Source: Mobula hypostoma (Eukaryota). From it: a DNA stretch of 64,000 nucleotides. The DNA is taken from contig NC_086097.1 in the NCBI RefSeq assembly GCF_963921235.1, positions 107,758,001 through 107,822,000 on the forward strand. The letters run 5' to 3'. This document shows, piece by piece, positions 13,081-26,482 of the stretch. Under the pieces are notes generated by a model. That model was not told where the DNA came from, made no database searches, and worked only from the letters and a program-made list of their open reading frames with translations. Position 1 is the stretch's first letter, and each line of letters opens with the position of its first letter. The position numbers and the translations under genes are program-made.

Positions 13081-15174
13081 AGGGTTGAAGTGTTCAAGAG
13101 TTCAAGAGACAATCTTGTCAGGAGGAGCCACAGCGATCAGGTCTCTGGCACTGAATCTGGTGCTGTGGCTCAGAAAAGCAGAGAGATGAAGAGTTCTGTA
13201 GTGTTGATAGGAGATTCCCTAGTCAGAGGAACAGAGATGAGGTATTTGGGCACCATAGATATACCCAAATGGTATATTGCCTCCCTGGTGCCAGGATCAG
13301 GGATGTCTCGGATCGTATTCATGGTATTCTCAAGGGTAAGGGTGAGCAGCCAGAAGTCTTGGTGCATATTGGCACCAAAGACATACAAGGTAAGAAGGTC
13401 CCGAAGAGAGATTTTAGGGAGCTAGGTAGAAAGCTGAGAAAAAGGACCTCAGGAGTTCAGTTGTGGATCATTGGGATCTCTTCTGGGGAAGATATGACCT
13501 GTACGAAAGAGACAGGTTACACCTGAACCTGAGGGGGTCTAATATTCTTTACAATCTCCAGAAGAGATCCCAATGATCCATAAATCTGAAACCATGTCCC
13601 TGCAGCAGTTCCTCAGCCACGCATTCACCTGCCAAACCATCCTATTCCTACCCTCACTGGCACGTGGCACGAACAGCAATCCAGAGATTAAACTAACTTG
13701 ACAGGGGGATAGGAACTGGAGTACTGTAATAGTTCTGAAGATGAGGTAGCTGGTTTACAAACAGAGGAAATGTGTAGTGAGGAGAGGCTGTTGATAGGGC
13801 AAAATTGCAGTCAACAGGAAGAGCTGCAATGTAAAAAGTGGACAGAATCAAAAATGGTGAATACAGGACTGAAGGTGTTATATTAGAATGCACACAGCAT
13901 ACGGATAAGGTAGATGAATTTGTAGCACAGTTACAGATTGGCACGTATGATGCTGTAGGAATCATTGAATCATGGCTGAAAGGAGATTATAGCTGGGAGC
14001 TTAATGTCCAAGGATACACAGTATCAAAAGGACAGGCAGGAAGGCAGAAGGGGTGGTGTTGCTCAGTTGGTAAAAAATAAAATCAAATCCTTAGAAAGAA
14101 GTGACATAGGGTCAGAAGGTGTTGAATTGTTGTGGTTAGAGCTAAGGAACTGCAAGGGTTAAAAAGACCTTGATGGGAGTTGTACACAACCCTCAAACAG
14201 TAGTAAGGATGCAGTCTACAAATTACAACGGGAGGTACAAAATGCATGCCAAAAGGGCAATGTTACAACAGGCAAGTGGGACTTCAATATGCAGGTAGAT
14301 TGGGAAAAACAGGTTGGTGCTGGATTATAGGAGAGGGATTTTATAAAATACTTTTCAGAGCAGCTTGTGGTTGAACCTACCAAGTGATGAGCTGTTCTGG
14401 TTTGGGTGTCATGTAATGAATCGGAATTGATTAGAGAGCTAAAGGTAAAAGAACCCTTAGGGTCAAGTGATCTTAATATGATCAAATTCACCCTGAAATT
14501 TGAGAAGGACAAGCTAAGGTCAGATAGATCAGTATTACGGTGGAGTAAAGGGGATTACAGAGACATAAAAGATGAGTTGGCCGGAATTGATTGGAAAAGA
14601 ACACTGGCAGCGATGACAGCAGAGCAGCAATGGCTGGAATTTCTGGAAGCAATTCAGAAGGCACAGGATATATACATTCCAAAGAGGAAGAAGTATTAAA
14701 TGCCAGATGACACAACCGTGGCTAACAAGTCAAAGCCAACATAAAAGCCAAAGAGAGGGCATATAATACAGGAAAAAAAGTGCAAAGATAAAGGATTGGG
14801 AAATTTTTAATAAACAACAGAAGGCAACTAAGAAAGTCATTAAGGAAAAGATGGAATATTAAAATAAGCTAGCCAATAATATTAAAGAGGATATCAAAAA
14901 TTTCTTCAGATGCATAAAGTTTAAAAGAGAGGCGAGAGTGGATATTGGACCACTGGAAAACGATGCTGGAGAGGTAGTAATGGGGACAAGGAAATAGAAG
15001 ACAAATTGAATAGGTATTTTGCATCAGTCTTCACTGTGGAAACCACTAGTAGTTTGGTAGAAATTCCAAGTATCAGAGGTCATGAAGTGTGTGAAGTTAC
15101 CATTATTAGAAAGATGGTTCTTGGGAAACTGAAAGGCCTGAAGGTAGATAAGTCACCTGGACCAGATGGTGTAC

Positions 15175-15307
15175 AAAAACGAGAGAAAATATGCAGATGC
15201 TGGAAATCCAAGCAACACACACAAAATGCTGGAGGAACTCAGAAGGCCAGGCAGTATCCATGGAAAAAATTACAGTCGACGTTTCGGACCAAAACCCTTT
15301 GGCAGGG
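15175..15307 (-). mobile_element. Penelope pLTR 3' fragment inserted in CR1
   Basis: Interrupts the CR1 SPGPDGV motif; carries GAAACGTCGACT with a mutated CUGA box (CTGCCAA). Confidence 0.8.
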
Positions 15308-16169
15308 TTGAAGAGTTTGAAGAGGCATTAGTAATGACCCTTCAAGAATCACTAGATCCTGGAATGGTTCCAAAAGACTGAAAAATTGAAAATGTCACTC
15401 CACCCTTCAAGGAAGAGAGGCAGGAGAAAGGAAATTTTAGGCCAGTTAGTTGGGAAGATGTTGGAGTTGAAGGATGAGGTCTCAGGGTACTTGGACACAC
15501 ATGATAAAATAGGCCATAGTCAGCATGGTTTCCTCAAGGGAAAATCTTGCCTGACAGATCTGTTGGAATTCTTTGAATAAATAACAAGCAGGATAGACAA
15601 AGGAGAATTGTTTGATGTTGTGTACTTCGATTTTCAGAAGGCCTTTGACGAGGTGCCACACATGAGGCTGTTAAAAAATCTACAAGCCCATGGTATTACA
15701 GGAATATTTCTAGCATGGATAAAGCAGTGTCTGACTGGCAGGAGGCAAAGAGTGTTTTTTTCTGGTTGACTGTCGGTGACAGGTGGTGTTCCACAGGGGT
15801 CTGTGTTGGGACCAATTCTTCTTACATTATATATCAATGATTTGGATGATGGAATTGATGGTTTTGTTGCAATATTGCAGACAATATGAAGATAGGTGGG
15901 GGGGCAGGGAGTTTTGATGAAGTAGAGAGGGTACAGCAGGACTTGGACAGACTAGAATGGGCAAAGAAATGACAGATGGAATACACTGTTGGGAAATGTA
16001 TAATCATGCACTTCGGTAGAAAGAATGAAAGGGTTGGCTATTTTCTAAATGGAAAGAAAATACAAAAAACTAAGATGCAAAGGGACTTGGGAGTCCTTAT
16101 GCAGGATTCCCGAAAGGTTAATTTGCAAGTTGAGTTTGCGGTGAGGAAGGCAAATGTGATGTTTGCATT

Positions 16170-17215
16170 CAGAATCAGAATCAGGTTTATTATCACTGGT
16201 ATGTGTCGTGAAATCTGTTATCTTAGCAGCAGCAGTTCAATGCAATACATAATATAGAAGAAGAAGAAAAAACATTTAAACATAAAAAATAAAATAATAA
16301 TAAATAAATCAATCAATTACAGTACAGTATTAAAAATCATGCAAAAAACAAATAATATACATATATTAAAAGAGTGAGGTAGTGTTCATGGGTTCAATGT
16401 CCATTTAGGAATCATATGGCAGAGGGGAAGAAGCTGTTCCTGAATAGCTGAGTGTGTGCCTTCAGGCTTCTGTACTTCTTATCTGATGATACCAGTGAGA
16501 AAAGGGCATGCCCTGGGTGTTGGAGGCCCTTAATAATGGACGCTGCCTTTCTGAGATACTGCTCCTTGAAGATATCCTGGGTACTTTGGAGGCTAATACC
16601 CAAGATGGAGCTGACTAAATTTACAACCCTCTGCAGCTTCTTTTGGCCCTGTGCAGTAGCACCCGCCCCCCCCCCACCCTATACCAGACAGTGATACAGC
16701 CTGTTAGAATGCTTTTTACGGTACATCTATAGAGGTTTTTGAGTGTATTGTTGACATACCAAATCTCTTCAAACTCTTAATGAAGTATAGTTGCTGTCTC
16801 GCCTTCTTTATAACTACACCGATATGTTGGGACTGGGTAAGGTCCTCAGAGATCTTAACACCCAGGAACTTGAAACTGCTCACTCTCTCCACTTCTGATC
16901 CCTCTATGAGAATTGGTGTGTGTTCCTTCATCTTACCATTCCTGAAGTCCACAATCAGCTCTTTTGTCTTACTGACGTTGAGTGCAAGGTTGTTGCTGCA
17001 GCACCACTCCACTAGTTGGCATATGTCACTCCTGTATGCCTTCTTGTCTCCATCTGAGATTCTACCAACAATGGTTGTATCATCAGCAAATTTATAGATG
17101 GTATTTGAGCTATGCCTAGCCACACAGTTATGGGTATAGAGAGAGTAGAGCAGTGGGCTAAACACACATTCCTGAGGTGCACTAGTGTAGATCGTCAGCA
17201 CGGAGGAGATATCAT
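16170..17215 (-). mobile_element. Rex1/Babar-like LINE 3' part
   Basis: APQECVFSPLLYSLYTH...KFADDTT...LNVSKTKELIVDFR; (TCTGAT)n tail. Confidence 0.9.
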
Positions 17216-18544
17216 CACCTCATTTATTTCAAGAGGACTAGAATACAAAAACAAGGATGTAGTTTTGAGACTTTATAAAGCAATGGTGAGGCCTCACTTA
17301 GAGTATTGTGAGCAAATTTGGGCCCCTGGATGTGCTGAAACTGGAGAGGGTTCAAAGGAAGTTCACGAAAATGATTCCAGGATTAAATGGCTTATATGAA
17401 GAGCTTTTGATGTCTCTGGGCCTGTATTCACTGGAATTCAGAAGAATGAGTATACACTGGAACATGTGGGGTGTCCATGTTACCAAATGCAATGAAATTG
17501 AAAGGAGCAGAGAATAAAGTACAAATAAAAAATCTGGCATATAGATTTGGCTAATGAAATTATTTTTTTCAGGGAATAAGGAGTGTCAAAATAGGACAGT
17601 TTGAAGGAATTTTACAGGATCCATGTTTGGATGTTGCATAGAACTTGGTCTCCATAATTAAGGACAGATGGACTTACATTGAAGATGGTGTAGAGAATAT
17701 TCACTAATTTGGTTCTTGGTATGAAGGGGTTGAGCAGCCTGTGTCAATTCTCATTAGTCTCCTCTCTGTGCTGAGCTGAGGCAGTGACCTGGAGCGGCTG
17801 TAGTGCTGATGGCTTTGTGGCTGTGGACTCACTTTTGTGAGCTTCAGTTGTTTTTTTGCTTTTGTTGTTTGTACAATTTGTTTTTTCTCATGCACATTGG
17901 GTGCTTGATGGCCTTCTTTTGGGTTGCTTTGATTTGTGGTTGCCTGTAAGGAGATGAATCTCAAGGTTGTAGATAGTATAGATACTTCAATAATAAACAT
18001 ATTTTGTCCTTATCTTGACCACAGATGAAGTGGAGATTATCTTATTGAAACACAAGAGTCTGAGTGGGGTTGACAAAATGGATGCTGAAAAGATGTATCT
18101 CCCAATGGAGGTGTCTAGAACTAGAAGGCACGTTTTCTGAATAAGGTGTCACCCACTTCAGTCAGAGATGAGGAACAATTTCTTCCCTCTGACAGGGATC
18201 TTGGAAACTGAACACCAGCAAGATGGGGAACTGGAGTCAATAAATACGTTGTCAGTTATTTAAACCACAAGGAATTCAAGGTGTATGGTGAGAGAGCGGG
18301 AAAGTGGTACAGCAGAGTGTTGTGGTGATCAGGTATAATTTAGGAGCTTGAGCCTCACTTGAATTAACGCATAATCACTTTCCAGAGTGGCAGAGTAATA
18401 CCTTACTAAACAACCCTTAGATGTAGCCATCAGGAAAATAGTACATATGCACTGAAAGTGTACACATGCATTTATGAGAACTGTGATTCTAAATTGTGTG
18501 TCAGTTGGTTAATAATAATGTATTGAAGAAGACAAACCATGTAC

Positions 18545-18680
18545 CTATCCAGTTAATGTTTTTAATGGCAGAAGAATTTCCGGCTATCTTTTCTTTATTT
18601 ATAATTTCTACATGATCTTGCTGCACGGTCTGATATATTTGCATTAAATGATCTCTAGCATTCTCATATAGTTGCTAATC
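18545..18680 (-). pseudogene. Candidate exon C (136 nt, one in-frame stop)
   Basis: Acceptor ttcctgcacatcccaattcaacaccAG, donor TAG|GTACAT; D*QLYENARDHLMQIYQTVQQDHVEIINKEKIAGNSSAIKNINWI. Confidence 0.45.
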
Positions 18681-19187
18681 CTGGTGTTGAATTGGGATGT
18701 GCAGGAAATCAAAATTGAGTGTGTGAAAAATTGGCAGAATTGAATTTCTTTGATACCTTTGAGAACATACTTGACTCTTCCCAGTAGAGCCATCCATTGA
18801 TAACACAAGAGAAAAGATGACATTTTAGACACTTGTGGAAGAAGGAAAATTTCTGTGGCAAGGATATACACTCAGTAGTCACTTTATCAGGTACAAATGT
18901 ACACCTGCTCGTTGATGTAAATACCTCATCAGCCAATGCAGCAACTCAATGCATAAAAGCATGCAGTCATGGTCAAGAGATTCAGTTGTTGTTCAAACCG
19001 AAACATTAGAATGGGGAATAAATTATTTTGCAGTGGAATGATTGTTGGTGCCAGACAGGCTGGTTTGAGTATCTCCTCGGATTTTCATGCAAAACAGAGA
19101 ATGGCATGAGAAACAAAAAAACATCCAGTGAGCGGCAGTTCTGAGGGCAAAAACGCCTTATTAATGAGAGAAGTCAGGTGAGAATGG

Positions 19188-22100
19188 CCATAAGACCATA
19201 AGAAATAGGAGCAGAATTAGGCCATTCAGCCCATCACATCTGCTCTGCCATTTCATCATGGCTGATTCCTGAATCAACTTAAACCCAAACACCTGCTTTC
19301 TCACCATATGCTTTGATGCCCTGACTGATCAGAGAACTATCAGCTTCCGCCTTAAATATACCCACAGACTTGGCCTCCACTGCAGTCTGTGGCAGAACTT
19401 TCCACAGATTCACTACCCTATGGCTAAAAGAATTCCCCTACCTCTGTTCTGAAAGGTTGCCCCTCAATTTTGAGGCTGTGCCCACTAGTTCAGGATACCC
19501 CCACCATAGGAAATATCCTTTCCACATCCACCCTATCTAGTCCTTTCAACATTTGGTAGGTTTCAATGAGATCTCCCACACATTCTTCTAAATTCCAGTG
19601 AGTACAGACCCAAAGCTCCCAAATGCTTCTCATACATTAACCCCTTCATTCCTAGAATCATCTTCATGAACCTTCACACCTTTCGGCGCAGGTGTGACCT
19701 GTACAAAAAGGACGGGTTACACTTAAATCCTAGGGGGACCAATATCCTGGCAGGGAGATTAGCGGGGGCTACTGAGGTGACTTTAAACTAGAATGGTTGG
19801 GGGGTGGGAATCAAATTAAAGCGGCTAGGTGTGAGGAGGTTAGTTCACAACAGAGGGATGGGAACCAGTGCAGAGAGACAGAGGGGTGTAAAGTGAGCGT
19901 AGAAGCAAAAAGTACAAAGGGGAAAAGTAAAAGTGGCAGGCCAACAAATCCAGGGCAAGCATTAAAAAGGGCTAAGAGAGTTGTAAAAGAGCGCCTGAAG
20001 GCTTTATGTGTCAATGCAAGGAGCATTCGTAATAAGGTGGATGAATTGAAAGTGCAGATTGTTATTAATGATTATGATATAGTTGGGATCACAGAGACAT
20101 GGCTCCAGGGTGACCAGGGATGGGAGCTCAACGTTCAGGGATATTCAATATTCAGGAGGGATAGACATGAAGGAAGGGGAGGTGGGGTGGCGTTGCTGGT
20201 TAAAAAAGAGATTAACGCAATAGAAAGGAAGGACATAAGCCGGGAAGATGTGGAATCGATATGGGTAGAGCTGCGTAACACTAAGGGGCAGAAGACGCTG
20301 GTGGGAGTTGTGTACAGGCCACCTAACAGTAGTGGTGAGGTCGGAGATGGTATTAAACAGGAAATTAGAAATGTGTGCAATAAAGGAACAGCAGTTATAA
20401 TGGGTGACTTCAATCTACATGTAGACTGGGTGAACCAAATTGGTAAAGGTGCTGAGGAAGAGGATTTCTTGGAATGTATGCGGGATGGTTTTTTGAACCA
20501 ACATGTCGAGGAACCGACTAGAGAGCAGGCTATTCTGGACTGGGTTTTGAGCAATGAGGAAGGGTTAATTAGCGATCTTGTCGTGAGAGGCCCCTTGGGT
20601 AAGAGTGACCATAATATGGTGGAATTCTTCATTAACATGGAGAGTGACGTAGTTAATTCAGAAACAAAGGTTCTGAACTTAAAGAGGGGTAACTTTGAAG
20701 GTATGAGACGTGAATTAGCTAAGATAGACTGGCAAATGACACTTCAAGGATTGACGGTGGATATGCAATGGCAGGCATTTAAAGGTTGCATGGATGAACT
20801 ACAACAATTGTTCATCCCAGTTTGGCAAAAGAATAAATCAAGGAAGGTAGTGCACCCGTGGCTGACAAGAGAAATTAGGGATAGTATCAATTCCAAAGAA
20901 GTAGCATACAAATTAGCCAGAGAAAGTGGCTCACCTGAGGACTGGGAGAAATTCAGAGTTCAGCAGAGGAGGACAAAGGGCTTAATTAGGAAGGGGAAAA
21001 AAGATTATGAGAGAAAACTGGCAGAGAACATAAAAACGGATTGTAAAAGCTTTTATAGATATGTAAAAAGGAAAAGACTGATAAAGACAAATGTAGGTCC
21101 CCTGCAAACAGAAACAGGTGAATTGATTATGGGGAGCAAGGACATGGCAGACCAATTGAATAATTACTTTGGTTCTGTCTTCACTAAGGAGGACATAAAT
21201 AATCTTCCAGAAATAGTAAGGGACAGAGGGTCCAGTGAGATGGAGGAACTGAGCGAAATACATGTTAGTAGGGAAGTGGTGTTAGGTAAATTGAAGGGAT
21301 TGAAGGCAGATAAATCCCCAGGGCCAGATGGTCTGCATCCCAGAGTGCTTAAGGAAGTGGCCCAAGAAATAGTGGATGCATTAGTGATAATTTTTCAAAA
21401 CTCGTTAGATTCTGGACTAGTTCCTGAGGATTGGAGGGTGGCTAATGTAACCCCACTTTTTAAAAAAGGAGGGAGAGAGAAACCGGGGAATTATAGGCCG
21501 GTTAGCCTAACGTCGGTGGTGGGGAAACTGCTGGAGTCAGTTATCAAGGATGTGATAACAGCACATTTGGAAAGCGGTGAAATGATCGGACAAAGTCAGC
21601 ATGGATTTGTGAAAGGAAAATCATGTCTGACGAATCTCATAGAATTTTTTGAGGATGTAACTAGTAGAGTGGATAGGGGAGAACCAGTGGATGTGGTATA
21701 TTTGGATTTTCAAAAGGCTTTTGACAAGGTCCCACACAGGAGATTAGTGTGCAAACTTAAAGCACACGGTATTGGGGGTAAGGTATTGGTGTGGGTGGAG
21801 AATTGGTTAGCAGACAGGAAGCAAAGAGTGGGAATAAACAGGACCTTTTCAGAATGGCAGGCGGTGACTAGTGGGGTACCGCAAGGCTCAGTGCTGGGAC
21901 CCCAGTTGTTTACAATATATATTAATGACTTGGATGAGGGAATTAAATGCAGCATCTCCAAGTTTGCGGATGACACAAAGCTGGGTGGCAGTGTTAGCAG
22001 TGAGGAGGATGCTAAGAGGATGCAGGGTGACTTGGATAGGTTGGGTGAGTGGGCAAACTCATGGCAGATGCAATTTAATGTGGATAAATGTGAAGTTATC

Positions 22101-23296
22101 CACTTTGGTGGCAAAAATAGGAAAACAGATTATTATCTGAATGGTGGCCGATTAGGAAAAGGGAGGTGCAACGAGACCTGGGTGTCATTATACACCAGTC
22201 ATTGAAAGTGGGCATGCAGGTACAGCAGGCGGTGAAAAAGGCGAACGGTATGCTGGCATTTGTAGCGAGAGGATTCGAGTACAGGAGCAGGGAGGTACTA
22301 CTGCAGTTGTACAAGGCCTTGGTGAGACCACACCTGGAGTATTGTGTGCAGTTTTGGTCCCCTAATCTGAGGAAAGACATCTTTGCCATAGAGGGAGTAC
22401 AAAGAAGGTTCACCAGATTGATTCCTGGGATGGCAGGTCTTTCATATGAAGAAAGACTGGATGAACTGGGCTTGTACTCGTTGGAATTTAGAAGATTGAG
22501 GGGGGATCTGATTGAAACGTATAAGATCCTAAAGGGATTGGACAGGCTAGATGCGGGAAGATTGTTCCCGATGTTGGGGAGGTCTAGAACGAGGGGTCAC
22601 AGTTTGAGGATAGAGGGGAAGCCTTTTAGGACCGAGGTTAGGAAAAACTTCTTCACACAGAGAGTGGTGAATCTGTGGAATTCTCTGCCACAGCAAACTG
22701 TTGAGGCCAGTTCATTAGCTATGTTTAAAAGGAAGTTAGATATGGCCCTTGTGGCTACAGGGGTCAGGGGGTATGGAGGGAAGGCTGGGTTCTGAGTTGG
22801 ATGATCAGCCATGATCATAATAAATGGCGGTGCAGGCTCGAAGGGCCGAATGGCCTACTCCTGCACCTATTTTCTATGTTTCTATGTTTCTATGTTTCTA
22901 TAACCTTCTCTGGACTCTCTCCAATGACAACGTATCTTTTCTGACACATGGGGCCCAAAACTGTTGACAATACTCCAAGTACAGCCTGACTAGTGTCTAA
23001 TAAAGCCTCAGTATTATCACCTTGCCTTTACATTCTATTCCCCTTCAAATAAATGCCAACATTGCATTTGCCTTCTTTACCACAGACTTAACTTGTAAGT
23101 TAACCTTCTGGGAGTCTTGCATGAGGACTCCCAAGTTCCTTTGCACCTTTGATATTTGAACCTTCTCCTCATTTAGATAATAGTCCGCACTATTGTTCCT
23201 TTTATCAAAATGCATTATCATACATCCTATCTGCCAACATTTTTTCCCATTCTTCCAATTTGTCTTAAGTCCTACTGCAATCACATTGCTTTCTCA
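19188..23296 (-). mobile_element. CR1 3' fragment (19188-19675 plus 22902-23296), host of a younger CR1
   Basis: (CCATAAGA)n tail at 19188; sequence rejoins across the AACCTTC duplication. Confidence 0.88.
19676..22900 (+). mobile_element. Young CR1 LINE with near-intact ORF2 (APE endonuclease plus RT)
   Basis: 802-aa ORF 19797-22205 plus 209-aa ORF 22166-22795 separated by one frameshift; end of ORF1 (DLYKKDGLHLN); (TTTCTATG)n tail; TSD AACCTTC 19669-19675 / 22902-22908. Confidence 0.97.
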
Positions 23297-24454
23297 GACT
23301 GGCTCAAGCTGATAAGAAGGTGATGGTAATTCAAGTAATCATGTGTTTCAACAGTGGTGTGCCAAAGAGCATTTCTGAATGCACATGGTGAACCTTGAAG
23401 TGGATGGGGCACAGCAGCAGAAGGCTACGAACATACACTTAATGTCCAGTTTACTAGGTACCTAATAAAGCGGCCACTGAGTCTATATGGTACTAATGTA
23501 ATTTCAGTAAATCAGTTATAAGTTTCTAAGTACTTACATCATGAACTTATTGCCCCACAAGAGATTTTATATACAAGAAACATCAAAGAGACAAGCTGCC
23601 TGGGTATTATCTATTAGTTACTCGATTTCCATGATTTTATAACTGAGGTTAGACGGCAGACCAGTTATAAAAGAGTTCCATGATTCTGCTGAAAAAGGAA
23701 GCTGACAGCGGTTCAGATCATCAACTACAACCAAGTTTTTTTCTGTATCACTTTTCAGTCATTTACTCCAGCATAAAACATGCCAGAATTTTGATAATCA
23801 GTAATAGGTTACGGCCATTTTAAGTTTACAAAGTTTTAAACGCCCCATGCCATAGCCAAAGAGAGTATTGCTCACATAGTGCTTCCATCAATACATAATG
23901 ATGAAATGCAATATATAATGTAACAAATACATTTTACCTCACAATCTGCCCTGGCTTTGCTAAAAACTGAGTGATAATCTACAAAAAAATGGAGAAAACA
24001 CCATAGTTTTGCAAACTGACAGGAGTTTCTAATCCAGGTAAAATGGAGCTCAATTTTCACAAATCTGGTGAAGAACAACAAGGCCCCCAAGTGGATGCAG
24101 AAGGAACGTTCACAAGATTGAAAAGAAGGATTTTTAAAATTCAACGATTAGGGTCTGGGCAACACCCACAAAAGCAGCATTTATTAGCATTCATATCTGC
24201 CCTTAGAAGTTGGTGGTAAATCACCTCAGACTGCTGTAATCCTTCTGGGAAAGCAGAGCTGCTGAGGATCAACTTCCAGGATTTAGACCTGTTAACTAAA
24301 AAGTACCAGTGGTATTATTTCGAATCATGATGGCCTGTGACTTGGAGGGGAATATGGCAAGTGGTAGTACTCCTTTTCATCTGCTGCCATTGCCCTTATG
24401 AACAGTAGAAGTTGCTGTTTTAAGAGAAACTGTGGAATAACTGAGCTGTGATGT

Positions 24455-25222
24455 CACAGCAACAACCTTGCACTCTATGTCAGGAAGATCAAAGAACTGA
24501 TTGTGGACTTCGGGAAGGGTAAGACGAGGGAACACACACCAGTCCTCATCTCTATGATCAGAAACGGAAAATGTGAGCAATCTCAAGTTTCTGGGCATCA
24601 ATAACTCTGAGGATCTATCCTGGATCCAGCATAACGATACTGCTACAAAGAAGCCATGACTATATTTCATTAGGAGTTTGAGATTTGATATGTCACCAAA
24701 GACACTCACAAATTTCTACAGATGTACTGTGGAGAGCATGCTAACTGGCTGCATCACCATCTTGAATGGTGGGGGTGGGGGGCTACTGCCCAGGATCAAA
24801 ATATACTGCAGAGATTTGTAAAATTAGTCAGCTCCGTCATGGGCATTAGCCTCTATCCATACTATCTAGAACATTTTCAAGGAGTAATGCCTCAAAAAGG
24901 TGGCATCCATCATTAAGGACCCCCATCACCCAGGACACCCCCTGCTCTCATTGCTACCAGCAGGAAGGAGGTACAGGAGCCTGAAGGCGCACACTCAACG
25001 ATTCAGGAACAACTTCTTCCCCTCTGCCATCCAATTTCTGAATGGACATGGAACCCTTGAACACTACCTCACTTTCTTAAAATATTCAGTTTTACCCTAG
25101 TTATTTATTTAATATAAATATACTTACTGTAATTGACAGTTTTTTATCATGCATTGCACTGTTCCTGCAAAGACAACAAATTTCATGACATATCCTGGTG
25201 ATATTAAACCTGATCTGATTCT
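24455..25222 (+). mobile_element. Rex1/Babar-like LINE 3' fragment
   Basis: KELIVDF...ASIIKDPHHPGHPLLSLLPAGRRYRSLKAHTQRFRNNFFPSAI; ATTAAACCTGATCTGATTCTG tail. Confidence 0.88.
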
Positions 25223-25879
25223 GCTGTGTATTTTATAGGCAGTACACATTGCAGCTATTGTGTACTGTTACAGAATGAACAAACGTTTATGGTGGTGGAT
25301 GGGACAGCCGATCAAGTGGGTTGCTTTATCCTAGATGGATTCATCTTGGAGCCGCACAACTGTGGTCAAATCTTTATTTTCCATCACATGCATCCCTTAA
25401 GGATGGTGGAAAGAGGGCAGCAGGTGAGTCACTTGCCGTAGCATACCCAGACACTAGTAGCCATGATATTGTAGTGACAGGTCAAGTTGAATGTGGTCAA
25501 TGGTGGCCCTCAGAATGCTGATGGTGATGGCAATATCAATGGTAGGTGAGTAAGTGACACTTATCAGCCCACTCTTCCTTTTGCTTAGACTTTACTGCAT
25601 GCAGACATATATTGCTTCATTTGTTGAAGAGTTGCAAATGAAAATAAACCAAGTCATCTCACTTCTGATGGTACGATGGAGGCTAGGTCATTGACAAAGC
25701 AGCTGTATATCGTTGGCCTGCAGAAAGGCAATGATGCCTTGGGGCTGAGATTACTAACATCAACAACCAAAAACCTTAGTGAAAAGGATGAGTCCAACCA
25801 TTGAAGGCTTTCCCTTTGATCTCCATTTTCAGTTTTACCACTCTTTGTCATCTGCTGCCTTGATTTAAATGGTAGTTAT

Positions 25880-26482
25880 GCATACAAAATGCTGGAAGAA
25901 CTCAGCATGAGAGACAGCATCTATGGAAAAGAATAAACAGTCGATGTTTCAGCAGCGACCCTTCTTCAGGACCGAGAAGGAAGGAGTTAAGATGCCAGAA
26001 CAAAAAGGTGGGGGGAGGAGAAAGAGGCTAGCTGGGAGGTGATAGGTGAAGCCAGGTGGGTGGGCAAGGTCAAGGGCTGAAGAAGAAAGAATCTGATAGG
26101 AAAGGAGAGTGGACCATAAGAGAAAGGGAAGGCTGAATGGACCAGGGGCAAGTTAAAGCCAGGTGAGAAGATGTAAAAAGTCAGAGTGGGAAATAGTGGG
26201 GGGGGGGGGGTAATTTTTTTTGACTGGAAGCAGAAATTGAAATTCATGCCATCAGGCTGTAAGCTATCCAGACCAAATATAAGGTTTTGCACCTTCATCT
26301 TGAGGGTGGCATTATCTTGACATAAGAAGAGGCCATATTGGTTAGTCCTGAAGAAGGATCTCGGCCTGAAACATCGACTGTTCATTCATTTCCATGGATG
26401 CTGCCTGACCTGTTGAGATCCTCCAGCATTTTGTGCATGTTGCCTTAGACTTCCTGCATCTGCAGACTTTCTTGTGTTTATG
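25880..26482. mobile_element. Penelope-derived inverted-repeat element (about 0.6 kb)
   Basis: Minus-strand pLTR plus GIY-YIG tail (FGLDSLQPDGMNFNF), then plus-strand pLTR end; TSD AAATGGTAGTTA / AAATGGTACTTA (25867-25878, 26483-26494). Confidence 0.85.

Larger units (their letters stand above)
13080..17450 (+). mobile_element. CR1 LINE (ORF1 esterase to RT), decayed, with internal inversion and nested inserts
   Basis: VLIGDSLVRG / CLPGARIRDV / HIGTKD ORF1; endonuclease 13838-14699; RT 15386-16170; resumes 17221-17450 after a nested Rex LINE. Confidence 0.9.
18868..23483 (+). mobile_element. Non-autonomous Tc1-like element, split by two nested CR1s
   Basis: TIRs CACTCAGTAGTCACTTTATCAGGTAC / GTACCTAATAAAGCGGCCACTGAGT with TA flanks; body 18868-19190 plus 23296-23483; uninterrupted copy at 56651-57185. 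Confidence 0.85.

Noticed and set aside
22871..22900. Short tandem repeats such as (TTTCTATG)n, (ATGACT)n, (TTCAA)n and (TCTGAT)n as a CRISPR or satellite array
   Set aside because: They are ordinary LINE 3' microsatellite tails with no spacers; the window is eukaryotic.
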